Assembly: GCF_001194135.2 (NCBI RefSeq)
Contig: NC_068995.1
Location: 33,838,458 to 33,902,457 of the forward strand
Direction of reading: 5' to 3'
DNA from: Octopus bimaculoides
Taxonomy: Eukaryota
Length of the DNA: 64,000 bases
Each line of letters opens with the position of its first letter. The stretch's first letter is position 1. Position numbers and translations under genes: made by a program. Shown here in pieces: positions 1 to 11,820 of the stretch. The notes beneath the pieces are model-generated. The model saw only the letters and a program-made list of their open reading frames with translations, made no database searches and was not told the DNA's origin.

Positions 1-71
1 GGTCAGACAATATAGCGTCTACTTCTAGCATATTGGATGTCCACTTAGTGGTCATCCCTCTTATATGTATG

Positions 72-74
<3 letters not shown>

Positions 75-106
<32 letters not shown>

Positions 107-110
107 TATA
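75..110. repeat. (TA)n microsatellite; representative of many
   Basis: Other (TA)n at about 16617, 19185, 19318, 26245, 34415, 37668, 44140, 52330 and 55350; (TG)n at 31510-31550; (AAAT)n at 42605-42628; (TAT)n/(TAG)n at 32950-32995. Confidence 0.95.
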
Positions 111-2348
111 TTTTCCAATTACCAAATTGAAGAAAGGAGTATAATTTTGGTCACAAGTGCAAAATATACTGGTAAAGCAAATTATGAAATACTTGAATTT
201 CTAAGAAAATAATTTGCTTTTAATTTGTAAACTGAATGCTAAATACACTGAAATCTCTATAATATAACCCCCCCCCCTAACTGATAGAGCTGCTCCCCAC
301 CTTGGAATAATAATCTGCATTTATTATTTTTTTTCTCCCTTCTATTCTTTTAAGAAAGGTACTTGAAGGAGAGTTGTGAAATAAGGAACTAAATAACTGA
401 GATTCTCATTGATCACATTCTTTGAAATATTGTGACTGTTACAGTAGATGCCTCTTTAGAATAAGAGAATGAAAATCAAAAAGGTGTAAATATATTCTTA
501 TAAATCCTTCTTTATTGGCAGTAATTGGAAGAATCATTTGAATGTCATACAAATGTCAAATGTCTTGCTGTACTTAGTTATGGACTCTGAGGTTCTGAAC
601 TCAAATCTAGCTAAAATCAAGTTTGCTTTCATTATATAAAATACCAGTCAATAGAATAAAGTTACCAATCAAGTACTTGTTAATGCACATGACTGTATTC
701 TCACCCATAGTCTAATTTAGTTCTTTATGCAATAAGTTTTGGGTGGGAACAGCAAGAGAAAACCATTAATGTTTAATGAGTGAATTAATACTCAAGAACA
801 TGTTCAGAAACATATATGAATGCAAGTTGAATAACCTACTCGTTAATAAAATTTAAAAAAACCTCATCCTATCCCTATTCCAAGAAATTAGCATGTGATA
901 ATGATAATGGCTCCATGAAAATTTCTGTATCTTTTTCATACTATTTTGATATTTATTTATCAACTAATAGTTGTTCACAAAATCCCTACTTTAACCTTCA
1001 GAATTGGTAATAACTTAGATTTGTCATTAGTCCTAGGATTCACGAGTGGAGATTAATCCTATTTTCATGATGTATAAGGTTACAATGCTTCCCACTAAAC
1101 AGGGTACCAATCTGCTGCAGGATTAACTTCCTAAGTATTGCTGGGAAGTTATTTACAGCTAAGTAGATTGGAGCATTTTGCTCAAAAACACAATGCACAG
1201 TCTGGTCTTAGAACTGATCTTATGATCATGAATACAATACTCTGACCACTAGGCCACATGCCTTCACTATTGCCTTGGAAATGCCTCTATTTTGAGACTG
1301 CTCCTACTGTGAGTGTTTTCACTAAACGTTTTAAGTGCTAATGTAGTTCTGGGTAAACCTTAAACATATCTCTCTCTCTCTCTGTCTGTCTTGATCCAGT
1401 AGAACACCAGGATGAGGGAGAAGATGGCAGCAGCCACACTGACATTCTATTAAGTAACTTGTCCAAGGAAGAGTAGAACAACTAATTAACATATGGTTAA
1501 TAAAATTTTTAATAATAAAACTTAACTAAATTTTTAGAATTTTCAAGTTTGCATAAAGTTAAGAATTGATAAATTGATGGGGTTCTGAGCTTTGAAAACA
1601 ATACAATATATTGTACTATATAAACTTTTTATTCCAGTATCCAACTTGACACACTACTTCAAACAACTTTCCAATTACATATTCTATTTATATATGCTAG
1701 TAGTCACATATCTGTCTTCCAAGCTCTTTTTATAAAACACATTATATCTATCTTCAGATTACCACTCTAAACTACAGTTTCCAATTATTCTTTTATAAGC
1801 TTTCAAATTAACCTAACTCAGAATGCTAACTATATTCAACAACCATAATTCACTTCTCAAGTGTATTGAAAATAACCAGAGTGAAGATTTTTTTCAAGTG
1901 AATTGAAAATAACCAGAGTGAAGATTGTGGTTACCCTTAATAGTTACACTAGTCCCCTTACCAAGACAATACAGAATACAGAAATGTCATAATGCTTAAC
2001 AATCCAAGCATTAAATATTTCAAATTATTAAATGCTGCATATACACATCCTCTCACATTCTTAAAAGATAATTAGATAAAGTTATGTATACACTTACTAC
2101 CTTAAACATTTGTTGACCAATATAAAAGGAATAAAGTAAATGAAAATGAGATATTTGGTAAGTGGTGAACACCGATAATTTGAAAACAAATTAAGAAAGT
2201 TAGATGCATCTGAGAGATAAGATAAAAAAAAATTTCAGATTCTAAAAAGTTTACAATAGTGATTCCTAAACTTTTTCACCCCTACTGCCCTTGTTGCTCT
2301 AACATTTCATTTAGTTTACTGTTTTACAACTGAGTATAACTAGAAATA

Positions 2349-3063
2349 ACAGTCTGTGGATCTTTGGGGTTTGACGGGCAACATTTTTTTTGTAGTGTTT
2401 TTGGTACCGAATATTTGTTTGTGGTATAGAACAGATAAAAAATTTTGTATTCGAAGTTATTTTATGTAAAAAAATTGTCGTATTTCAGTAATTTCAACCA
2501 ATCACTGACGTCTATTGAGGTGAAAACAATTAATGCCGTAACGGTGTCATGGGATCTTTTCCCTTGAATAAAATTAGTCCCATTGTTTGTCAACAACTAC
2601 CTGTGTTACTCTTATTTATGACATCGTTTGTGCGTTTGTACTGGTTTTAGCTTTAGGGTTTTAGGGTTAGGGTTCGGGTTTTAGAGTTAGGGTTAGTTTT
2701 AGGATTACGGTTAGGGTTATGGTTATGATTATTTTTGCCATAACCTTAACTCTAACCCTAACCCGAACCCTAACCCCAACCCTAAAACCCTTACTAGGGA
2801 ATAATGATATAATTAAACAGGGAATAACACACTTGACACCGAACAGCAGTAATTGTATTCAGCTGAATAGATGTCAGTGATTGGTTGAAATTACAGAAAT
2901 ACGACAACTTTAACATGAAATAACTTGAGATGTACAAAATTTTGTTAAGAAGGTTAAGAGAAGAAGGTGTTTTATATGACACATTCTACCAGTGTCCCAA
3001 GTTTGAAAGTGTTTCGTTAAGAAAACAAATGTTGCCCGTCAAACCCCAAAGATCCCAGTCTGT
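2349..3063. mobile_element. Foldback/MITE-like element with TA flanks and internal inverted telomere-like (TTAGGG/CCCTAA) arrays
   Basis: Terminal IRs 2349-2383 and 3030-3063 share a perfect 26-nt core ggatctttggggtttgacgggcaaca. An inner IR pair lies at about 2453-2549 and 2834-2929. A G-strand array (2645-2727) faces a C-strand array (2739-2792). TA dinucleotides at 2347-2348 and 3064-3065. Confidence 0.8.
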
Positions 3064-4298
3064 TACAATAGATGATAATAACAGGGCATTTTAAATGGCT
3101 AACAATAATTTGCACACAAGTTTTTAAATTTTATTTATTGTTATAACTTGAATTTCTGTTACTTTAATGGAAAACTAACATTTGTAACACACTAAAGTGC
3201 TTTAATTATGAAGAAAACATCTCAATTATTTTAGCTTTAAGACTGGAGATATTAAAACCAGAGCCACATGAGCAAGGAAAAAAGAAAAAAAATTGTAGGA
3301 GGGAGCTACTTTATGAACCATTGTTGTTATTTTTGTCTTTGCCTCCAGCCAGGAATATATTAGATAAACAGAAGAAATAATAATGTAGCATACACCCTGC
3401 TATATGTTGTGTATCCCACAGTGTAGAACTATCAATTCTACAGAGACAAAGGAGGGGATTGGACAGGAGAGGAGGCAGTTATGGTGAAATGTCAAGAGAA
3501 AGAAGTATATAAAAAAAAAATCAAGAAAGTTCAAAGGTCAGCCTTTTGCAGAAAATAAAGAATTAAGAAAAAATACAAAAGATAAGAAAAATAAATCAAT
3601 AAACATCTGAAAGTCTAAAAGAAATAGCAGAGAAGACAGTAAAAAGAAAAAAAAGAGAAAAGAAATATTTTGGGCAAAGTAAACAAAAGAATTAAAAATC
3701 TTGCAATCTAAAATCAATCCTGTTGCTTTTTTACTCTCTGACCACCAATTTAATTAATTAAATTTTTTTTTTTAAATCTGATTGCTCAAAACATTGCTGC
3801 TGCAGAAAGCTTACAAGAAGAATACCAATTATTATTGGTACTCTTGATAATTAATGATCATCATGGTAGGTTACATGATAAATATATTCCTCAAGAATAT
3901 AAAAGTAATGGGTCAATAAGAGAATAATTGTTGGAGTTGAAGTCAAATGATGACAAGTATTATGGTAAAAGAAGCATGTTTTGGCTCAAAGCACCCCTAA
4001 ACTAAACCCCAAACCCTCTTCAGAATTCTTTTACTCAATAAGAAAGAGCACTCATTCAGGAAAACCTGATCTACAAAGAGAAAGCATGAATTTGGAAATG
4101 TTAGAAAGAAACACAGATTAAGCCATCTAATTTGTTGCAGTTTAAGAAGTTATGTTTTATATAAAAACAATTATTTTCAAAAAGCAAACTGTTAGAAATA
4201 AAAACGACATTATAATTAGAGTTAGAATAATTAAAATAATGTAACTATTAAATTTAAAATAAAATAAAAACGAAATGTAATTGAAATGAAATACTTAC

Positions 4299-4430
4299 AT
4301 GTAGGAATGAATAATCCATGTCTTCTTGATCCATTTGTGGCCGAAATTTTCCACAACAAAAGTTGCAACAACAGCAACAACACAAGCAGAAGTAACAACC
4401 CGTTATCAATCCACAGAAACAAAACAAGGC
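4299..4430 (-). CDS. DNAJC5: DNAJC5-like coding exon 5: cysteine string ALFCFCGLITGCYFCLCCCCCCNFCCGKFRPQMDQEDMDYSFLH
   Basis: Acceptor acttttctag, donor gtaagt, 132 nt, phase 0-0. 12 Cys within 23 residues, diagnostic of CSP. No stop codon, so a further exon must follow. Confidence 0.96.
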
Positions 4431-4884
4431 CTAGAAAAGTAATGAAACAGTAATTAGTATAGATTTTAATTAATAAAAAATGTAAATGATAGCACTTTAT
4501 AGTAGGTGCTACATAAAACTGATATGCTAACATGTAGGAAAGAATATAGAACAGGAAAAAACCTTAATCTAGTTATTTTCTGATGATTTATATAAAGTAA
4601 CTTTTATTTTAAGACTCACTCAATGTAATTAATATATTGGTTTTATTAGTCTAAAAATATATAGCTACCTTAAATATTCTTCTTCACTCTCATACACAAG
4701 CTTTTCTTTTTTTTTTTAACATTTTTAAACAACTATTTTTATTTATTTTTTGTAGGTTAGGCTCACTTTATCAATTTTATCAATACAAGTATGTCAGCCT
4801 TTATAACAACAAACAAATACAATTGAAATTAATTAAACATTTAAGAGGATATGTATGGTCTTAAGAGATGCAACAGCTATAAAA

Positions 4885-5570
4885 AGACTTGTCAATCTGC
4901 TTCACAGTTTTGGCAGACAAAATGGAGGTGTTGTTGCTTTGGGGGATGGCAAAGGAGACATGCTGGAACTGTCACTCCAACTCACAGGTCTTGCACTTGT
5001 GGATAGCAATCTCTTCCCTTATAGTAATGAGTAAGGATGTATTCTAGGGGCCAAGAACATCAGAGGTCTCCATTGCTACAAGCTTGACTACAAACCTATC
5101 AGAGAGTAGCCAATACTTTAACAGTTCGCTCTGATGAGTAGTGAAGCCTGGGCTGGCAGCAGAACACACCAGAATGCCACTGGAAAGGGTGTTACAGCAT
5201 ATGGCATCTCAGATGAGGGGCCTACTACTATGGACTTTTACTGTCTATTCTGTCCAGTCTTACTCGCTTAAGCTGAGAAGGGATGCCTGCAGTGTCTAGG
5301 CCATGCTTCATGATCTCATTGAGAGCAGCATGGCGTGGAAGCAGTCAGCACTATCATATCATGACAATGGGTGGAGAATGAATGAATCCACAGTAAATTT
5401 ACAGTGGTATTTGTGAGGCTCACAGATTAGGAGGCAAAGCCCCTGGGAAGCACTAATGTACAAACAGTTGCTATCCAGCTGAGTGCCAGTTGAGAGTGAT
5501 GGCACTGTATTGAGCCAGGCACTGCTGTGGAGCTGGGACACCGAGCAAAAACATGCCAGATGGTACTTTC
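4885..5570 (-). mobile_element. Degenerate 3' part of a CRE-like (restriction-like endonuclease) non-LTR retrotransposon
   Basis: Conceptual translation: SSAWLNTVPSLSTGTQLD...CEPHKYHCKFTVDSFILHPLS, RHAALNEIMKHGLDTAGIPS, VAMETSDVLGP. This is the zinc-knuckle/RLE motif series of CRE-type elements, with stops and frameshifts. Confidence 0.7.
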
Positions 5571-5649
5571 TTATTGTAAGTATGTAAATTGCTAAAATAA
5601 ATAATTACATTTCTTAAAAAACCCTTAATATCTTCTAAAAAGTTCATTA

Positions 5650-5738
5650 AGAGGTAAAATCCATGAATAATTATATCCATAAAGTTAACAGAAGAGGTAA
5701 AATCCATGAATAATTATATCCATAAAGTTAACAGAAGA
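5650..5738. repeat. Perfect 43-bp tandem duplication
   Basis: agaggtaaaatccatgaataattatatccataaagttaacaga occurs twice. Confidence 0.95.
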
Positions 5739-8191
5739 TTTGAACAGATATGCTACATCAAATTTATAGGTTGCACAATAGTTTTAGATGCATAGTGATT
5801 TCTATAAACTAATTGAATTTAGCCATTCACTCTTAAACCAATTTTCTGTAGAAAGCAAACATATCCACTTGAAATTTCATTACTCAACAGCAGACAGCAG
5901 TTTTATATGACAATCTGTCTTTTGTTGGGGAATATCATATTTGAAACAATTTTCTGATGAGACATGTTAAGTTTACTGAGGCAACATGACTTGCAGAAAA
6001 TACCAATTCTATTTTTGTGTGGATATTTAACATCCTTATTGGAAAAACTATGAAATTTTATTTCACAGTGAAAGGATTAAAAATACTTTGAAAAAGAAAA
6101 AAAAAAAAAAGATCCAGAAGGGTGACCATACGAGATGATTCCACACATCCACTTAATTTTTTTAGGATAGTAAAATGTTGGATGGTTCTATAAGGTCTGA
6201 TATTTTCATACATTAGAAGAGCTGTATTTACAAATTGACACTACAACAGCCAACACTCAAAATAAGGAAGTGATGCTTTATCAACCAAATTGACAAAAGC
6301 AAATAAAGCAATATGCCTAAGAGATAACATAATGTTAAGCCTAAATGATGGTTTTAGAGGTGAAGTATTAAAAACCTTTGAATGTTATGAAAAAATAACA
6401 GCTTATAAATGGTGTGGCTTTTCATGCTAGATGCTAAAAACAAGCAATTATAGTAATAAAAAAAAAAGCAATGGGAATTTAAGTATTTTATACTCCCCTG
6501 TGAAAACAGTCTTACAGAGAATTGGTGATTCATCATCATCACCATTTAACTTCTGTTTTCCATGCTGGCATGAGTTGGTCAGTTTGACAGGGACTCATGA
6601 GCCAGAAGACAGGGTCAAACTCCAATACCTGATTTAGTAAAGTTTCTGTAGTTGGATACTCTTCCTAATGCTAACCACCTTACAGAGTGTACTGGGTGCT
6701 TTTTAACATGATACTGGACTAGTAAGGTTACCAACTAACTAACAAGACTCTTCACCTGAGGGGTGAGTAGTATTAAGGGATGTGACTTTAGTGGGACAGG
6801 AACAAGTGTCTTGTTGTAGGAGATATACATGGTTACACCAGTCAGAAGAGAAAGAGGATGGTGAAGATACCTCACGTATAGCCTCAAGTTACAAGAAGGT
6901 GAATAAAGAGAAGTGGTATGGGGGGTAAGTTTGTGGGAGTGTGAAGGAGAGTGACAGATGGATGGGGATAGGGAAATACAGAGTGGTGAACATGAGTGGA
7001 GGCAAGGCCAATCCTGAATATCTGTTGGAGGGGGGAAGCAAAGAAAGATGTGGATCAGAGAAATGATAGTTGACAGCCAAGATGGTGTGAAGTGAATGGG
7101 GGTGGTGTGTGAGGGAGATGAACTTTACTAGAGGTGAGGTCAAAAGTACACAAAAGTGGAAATGGTGGGAAATGGACAGAGGTAATGGGGGAAGGACTGC
7201 TGCTGGCAAAACACAGGACTTCACAGGGAAAGGGGTATTAAGTGAAATAAAAATGTAAGGGATGACACAAAGAGAGCTTGTAGAAGGAAGTGGTCTCATT
7301 ATTACAACAGCTGAATGGGTACTGACGAACAGGAGAGTTCTAAGAAGATGAATTGTGTGAATGATGGGTGATAAGAGGATGGGTTTTATGTGTTTATGCA
7401 TCAGGGATGATTAGATGCATAGACATGGGCTGTGCAGGTAGGAGGTTGAGATTGTGTGCAGGAACTTTAGACATAGGCAATGTGCTTTTTGGGCCTCATT
7501 TTTGCTTGGCTATGCTTGAGAAAGCATGCCCACCTAATTGCTAATCATCTTGGTCCTTTGTCATCTTTTCCATGAGGCTCAACATCTGGAGGTCATTCTT
7601 CACCACTTTTGGGTCTTCCTCTACCACAAGTTCCATCAACATTTAGTGATCAGCACTTCTTTACACAGCTGTCCTCATCCATACACATCACATGACCATA
7701 CCAGTGCAGTCTTCTCTCTTGCACACTACATCTGATTCCTCTTAAGCCTAATTTTTTTTTCTCAACATACTTGCACTTTTGTCATACATGCACACTGGCA
7801 TTGTAGATTCAATAGAGCATACTAGCTTTATTTCTCTCTTGTTTTCCCATGTCCTTCCCTTCTGAAATATTTTATCTACATTATTATTAATAAGCAGACT
7901 TGTCAGAGTGTCAATATTTGGTCCATACCGTTATGCTGTATCAAATCCTCTGAAGTCAACTTTGCCTTTCATCCTTCCAAAGTCAATAAAATATAATTCA
8001 ATCAAGAATTGGGGTGGACTTAACAAACAACCCCCACTCCCTCCAAACTTCTTTGCCTATGTTACATACAATTATTATTATGAAGTTTAATATTTCACTT
8101 TCAGGACACAATAATTTTCATCAAATTGTGTCAAATGTCATGTAAATGTGGAATTTGCTTTTAAATAGGATTGAATAAAAGAAACTCTTAC

Positions 8192-8344
8192 CTTTGCCCA
8201 TCGACTATTTAACAGAAAATAGAAGCTAACATTTTCTTCTCCAACAGTTTCTGCTGCATACAGCCCAAGAGACCCATACTGGTCATATATTCGTCGTTTT
8301 GAACTATCACAAAGGACAGAGTGTGCATGGTTAATATCTTTAAA
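8192..8344 (-). CDS. DNAJC5: DNAJC5-like coding exon 4: [51 protein letters not shown]
   Basis: Acceptor tttatttttcag, donor gtaaga, 153 nt, phase 0-0. Matches the CSP J-domain end and linker (YDxYGSLGLY.AE..GEENV..YF...S.WAK). Confidence 0.96.
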
Positions 8345-8680
8345 CTGAAAAATAAAATTGGGATTATCTTGAAGAAACCATTCATAAAATTTTAGAAATA
8401 ATTCACTATTTATTACTCTATAGCTTTTAGTTTATGTATTCAAATCGAATAAAACATACAGTAACACAACGAATACCGTAAAAACCCATGTAATTTGTGC
8501 ACCTGTGTAATTTTGCAGGTGACTTTCAGGATAAAATTTGTTAAAAAAAGCTTCTACCTTTTAGTTGTATTTAGCATAATTTCACTTATGATTAGATTTT
8601 ATTAAATTTTCATTAAATAAAAATAATTTCTGTTTAACAGATATCACATTGAATGCTATTAAATCACAAAGTGTTTGTGT

Positions 8681-9505
8681 TCATCATCATCATCATCATC
8701 GTTTAACGTCCGCTTTCCATGCTAGCATGGGTTGGACGATTTGACTGAGGACTGGTGAAACCGGATGGCAACACCAGGCTCCAGTCTGATTTGGCAGAGT
8801 TTCTACAGCTGGATGCCCTTCCTAACGCCAACCACTCAGAGAGTGTAGTGGGTGCTTTTACGTGTCNNNNNNNNNNNNNNNNNNNNNNNNNNNNNNNNNN
8901 NNNNNNNNNNNNNNNNNNNNNNNNNNNNNNNNNNNNNNNNNNNNNNNNNNNNNNNNNNNNNNNNNNNNNNNNNNNNNNNNNNNNNNNNNNNNNNNNNNNN
9001 NNNNNNNNNNNNNNNNNNNNNNNNNNNNNNNNNNNNNNNNNNNNNNNNNNNNNNNNNNNNNNNNNNNNNNNNNNNNNNNNNNNNNNNNNNNNNNNNNNNN
9101 NNNNNNNNNNNNNNNNNNNNNNNNNNNNNNNNNNNNNNNNNNNNNNNNNNNNNNNNNNNNNNNNNNNNNNNNNNNNNNNNNNNNNNNNNNNNNNCTCAAC
9201 TGTTAGGGTGTGGCACTTTTTCACGCAGCTATCCTCCTCCATTCTCACCACATGTCCATACCAGCGCAATCGTCTCTCTTGCACACCACAACTGATGCTT
9301 CTAATGTTCAGCTTTTCTCTCAAGATACTTACACTCTGACGGGTATTCACATTGACATTACACATCCAACGGAGCATACTGGCTTCATTCCTTGCGAGCT
9401 TACGTATGTCCTCAGCAGTTACAGCCCATGTTTCACTGCCATGTAGCATGGTTGTTCGTACGCATGCGTCATACAGTCTGCGGTTGTTCGTACGCATGCG
9501 TCATA
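8681..9505 (-). mobile_element. 5'-truncated RTE LINE (3' end of ORF plus 3' UTR with (GAT)n tail), spanning an N gap
   Basis: RLYDACVRTTMLHGSETW...RRLRWYGHVVRM...CVKKC; (CAT)n at 8681-8700 on the plus strand; 31-bp tandem duplication at the 5' junction (about 9448-9505). Confidence 0.92.
8867..9194. other. Assembly gap (N run)
   Basis: 328 N inside an RTE 3' UTR. Confidence 0.99.
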
Positions 9506-11407
9506 TAATAAACTTTATTTTACATTTCTTGCCCACAAGGGATTATGTCCGATCTTTGGCATACTGCTGCATGTCTTCTCACATCATGATCACAGGAAAA
9601 GTTGTTAAGAATTACCAACAAAGACAAAGCTGATAAATACGCACAGGTGTTACAAATTAAGTTTAATTACCAATAAACATCAGCTTGGATGACACTTTAC
9701 TCAACTGACTGAGGAAGGTGACTGATCAAGCTGATTATGTAAACAGAATTCTTTTCTGCCTATTCTTGTCAGAACCTTTGATATGGAGTATCAAAATTTT
9801 AATCCCTTTCACAATTATAAAATGTTAAGCAAACTTTAAAATTTGTCATTATCATTATTGTCAGTATGGGCAGAACTTATGAATCGTTTACTGTGAAGGA
9901 GAAATTAAATATGTTGAATATGCATTTGAACAAGGCAATAGAGCTGTCAGAAGGCATTTTAATGTTAATGAAGCTAAAGTTCGAAATTGGCATAAACAGT
10001 ATGACAAACTTAAAACTGTGCCTAATAATAAACAGACAAAAATAAAAACGTACAATCAAGACTATCCATATCATTACATTTATTTCAGTCAGGAATATCC
10101 ATATCACTATGTCAATGGTGCTCCATTGCGTTAGGTAGAAACCCCAAGCAATGTAAAATATGGCCCGGACCGTCAGACTCCAAAAAGTAGTTAACCATTG
10201 AATGGTTTTAGTAAATTTAAACAGAAAAAGTAAGTATTCCACCATCCAGCATAAATAAAAGTCAACTTCATTATATTTAAGTCATTATTTTTTTCTGTAA
10301 AAACCTATTCTGACATTAAATGAGTCAACTTCCAGTACGAATGTTTACATTTTGTACGTCTTTTTTCAACAAAAAACTTTTCAAAAGAAATTCTGGAAAC
10401 AATCTACTCATGTAATTTGCACACCCCTAAAGTTTATTTTTATTTTTGCAAAAAAAAGTGTAAATTACACGGGTTTTTACAGTAGTTACTTTAAGGTACA
10501 ATGTTCAACTAAATTAAGGACTACTGATAAACCATTTAAAAAATAAAATGTTTAAATTCTGTTACAATATAATTATACCCTCTTGCTGTTGTTGTTCATT
10601 GTTAAGACTGGGACAGGAGGAACATTAATCCCAGATAAGTTTTTCCCCATTTTAGAATCTTCAGCAAATTAAGTATAATAAATTTATGTAATATTTTTAT
10701 GTTTGGAGACATTGTTCTTAAATTTCTTAGGAGAGAGAGAGAAAGAAAATGAAAAAAAAAAAAAAAAAGAAATTCATTGAAAAAAATTCTTTATAGTGTT
10801 TATTTGCATTTCTACCTATGATCTCTGGGTAATTATGTGAATGTCTATATAAGGATCGAGTGTTGATTCTCGAGGCAAATTCAGCAATCAGGTCAAGATG
10901 TCATCCGTATGGAAAACTAAGGACCTTGAGGCAGATGTTTTTTTTAAAGAATAAGCAAATAAAAAACATTTAAACACAACCTTATGGTTGATAGCAATTG
11001 CTATAACCTTGAACTCTGACAATCCAATGAAGTTGCAGAGAAACCCACTTTGTCCTTGACTAAGCAAAGCAGAAGCTAACTTTGCAGATGTTAATTTGTG
11101 GCAAATGTCACCAGACAAGTGTGATACAACATCCATTCTACCCCTAGCAACTCTCTTAAATGATTATTAGTTTATTTCAACATGATTCACTCTCCCTCCA
11201 GCAACATACCAAGATAATCTTAGACGTTTGCTTCGACAAAATTAATAAAAACAGAAATTTTAAAATTAATGTGATTCACCGATTAGATATTTTCCCACTT
11301 CATTAGTTGGAATTTTTATTTAACAGTAACAGAAATATTTAATGAATAATGCATGCACATAAATAAATGTTAAATTATTTTTACAATAGAAATGTTTCAT
11401 AACTCAC

Positions 11408-11464
11408 TTTGTCTGCTGCATTAGGATCATCTAAATTTTTATCTGGGTGAAATTTTAATGCTAA
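11408..11464 (-). CDS. DNAJC5: DNAJC5-like coding exon 3: LALKFHPDKNLDDPNAADK (HPD motif)
   Basis: Acceptor gtctttacag, donor gtgagt, 57 nt, phase 0-0. Carries the invariant J-domain HPD motif. Confidence 0.96.
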
Positions 11465-11820
11465 CTGTAAAGACAAGAAAGTATTAGAATTAAAAAAAAA
11501 AAATCACAAGAAACAAGGTATTGTAAAAAACGGAAGCACATGATTCATATAACAATTCCATTAACAAATGACAGTTTCAGAAGCCTCCCCTCCTGTCATT
11601 TCTTTTTATTTCTCAACTTGAAAACATGATTAACCTTTTAGTATTTAAGCCAGCCATATCTGGCTCAAATATTCTACCAGTTTTAAGATGAAATTGGACA
11701 GATCTAGCCTCTCACACCTACCCTACAATGTCATTCTAAAACATAAATGATCACATCATCAAAATCTCAAAGCTATGAGATAATGCATGATTAATTCAAA
11801 ACAATGTGAATGAATAAGGA

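Larger units (their letters stand above)
8476..10482 (+). mobile_element. Degenerate pogo-like (Tc1/mariner superfamily) DNA transposon, interrupted by an RTE LINE
   Basis: TIRs TA|CCGTAAAAACCCATGTAATTT (8476) and AAATTACACGGGTTTTTACAG|TA (to 10482). At 9881-10020 a frameshifted Brinker/pogo-type HTH reads SFTVKEKL/YVEYAFEQGNRAVRRHFNVNEAKVRNWHKQ. Confidence 0.75.

Noticed and set aside
1400-1476. Possible plus-strand terminal exon of a convergent gene (EHQDEGEDGSSHTDILLSNLSKEE*) after a (TC)n tract
   Set aside because: No homology recognised, no upstream partner exon in the window, and the pyrimidine tract is a microsatellite.
2645-2792. Telomere-telomere chromosome fusion scar
   Set aside because: The arrays are short, degenerate and enclosed by nested IRs with TA flanks, which fits a transposon better.
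4231-4533. 100-aa Leu-rich ORF
   Set aside because: Out-of-frame reading of the CSP cysteine-string exon.
6889-7401. 170-aa His/Leu/Pro-rich ORF
   Set aside because: Antisense reading of a purine-skewed old repeat; similar composition at 25560-26000.
8703-9497. Long ORFs (264, 194, 147, 113 and 114 aa) in the ORF track
   Set aside because: They run through the N gap; the real part is an RTE LINE 3' end.
10888-11136. 82-aa minus-strand ORF in CSP intron 3
   Set aside because: No recognisable motif and no convincing splice sites.
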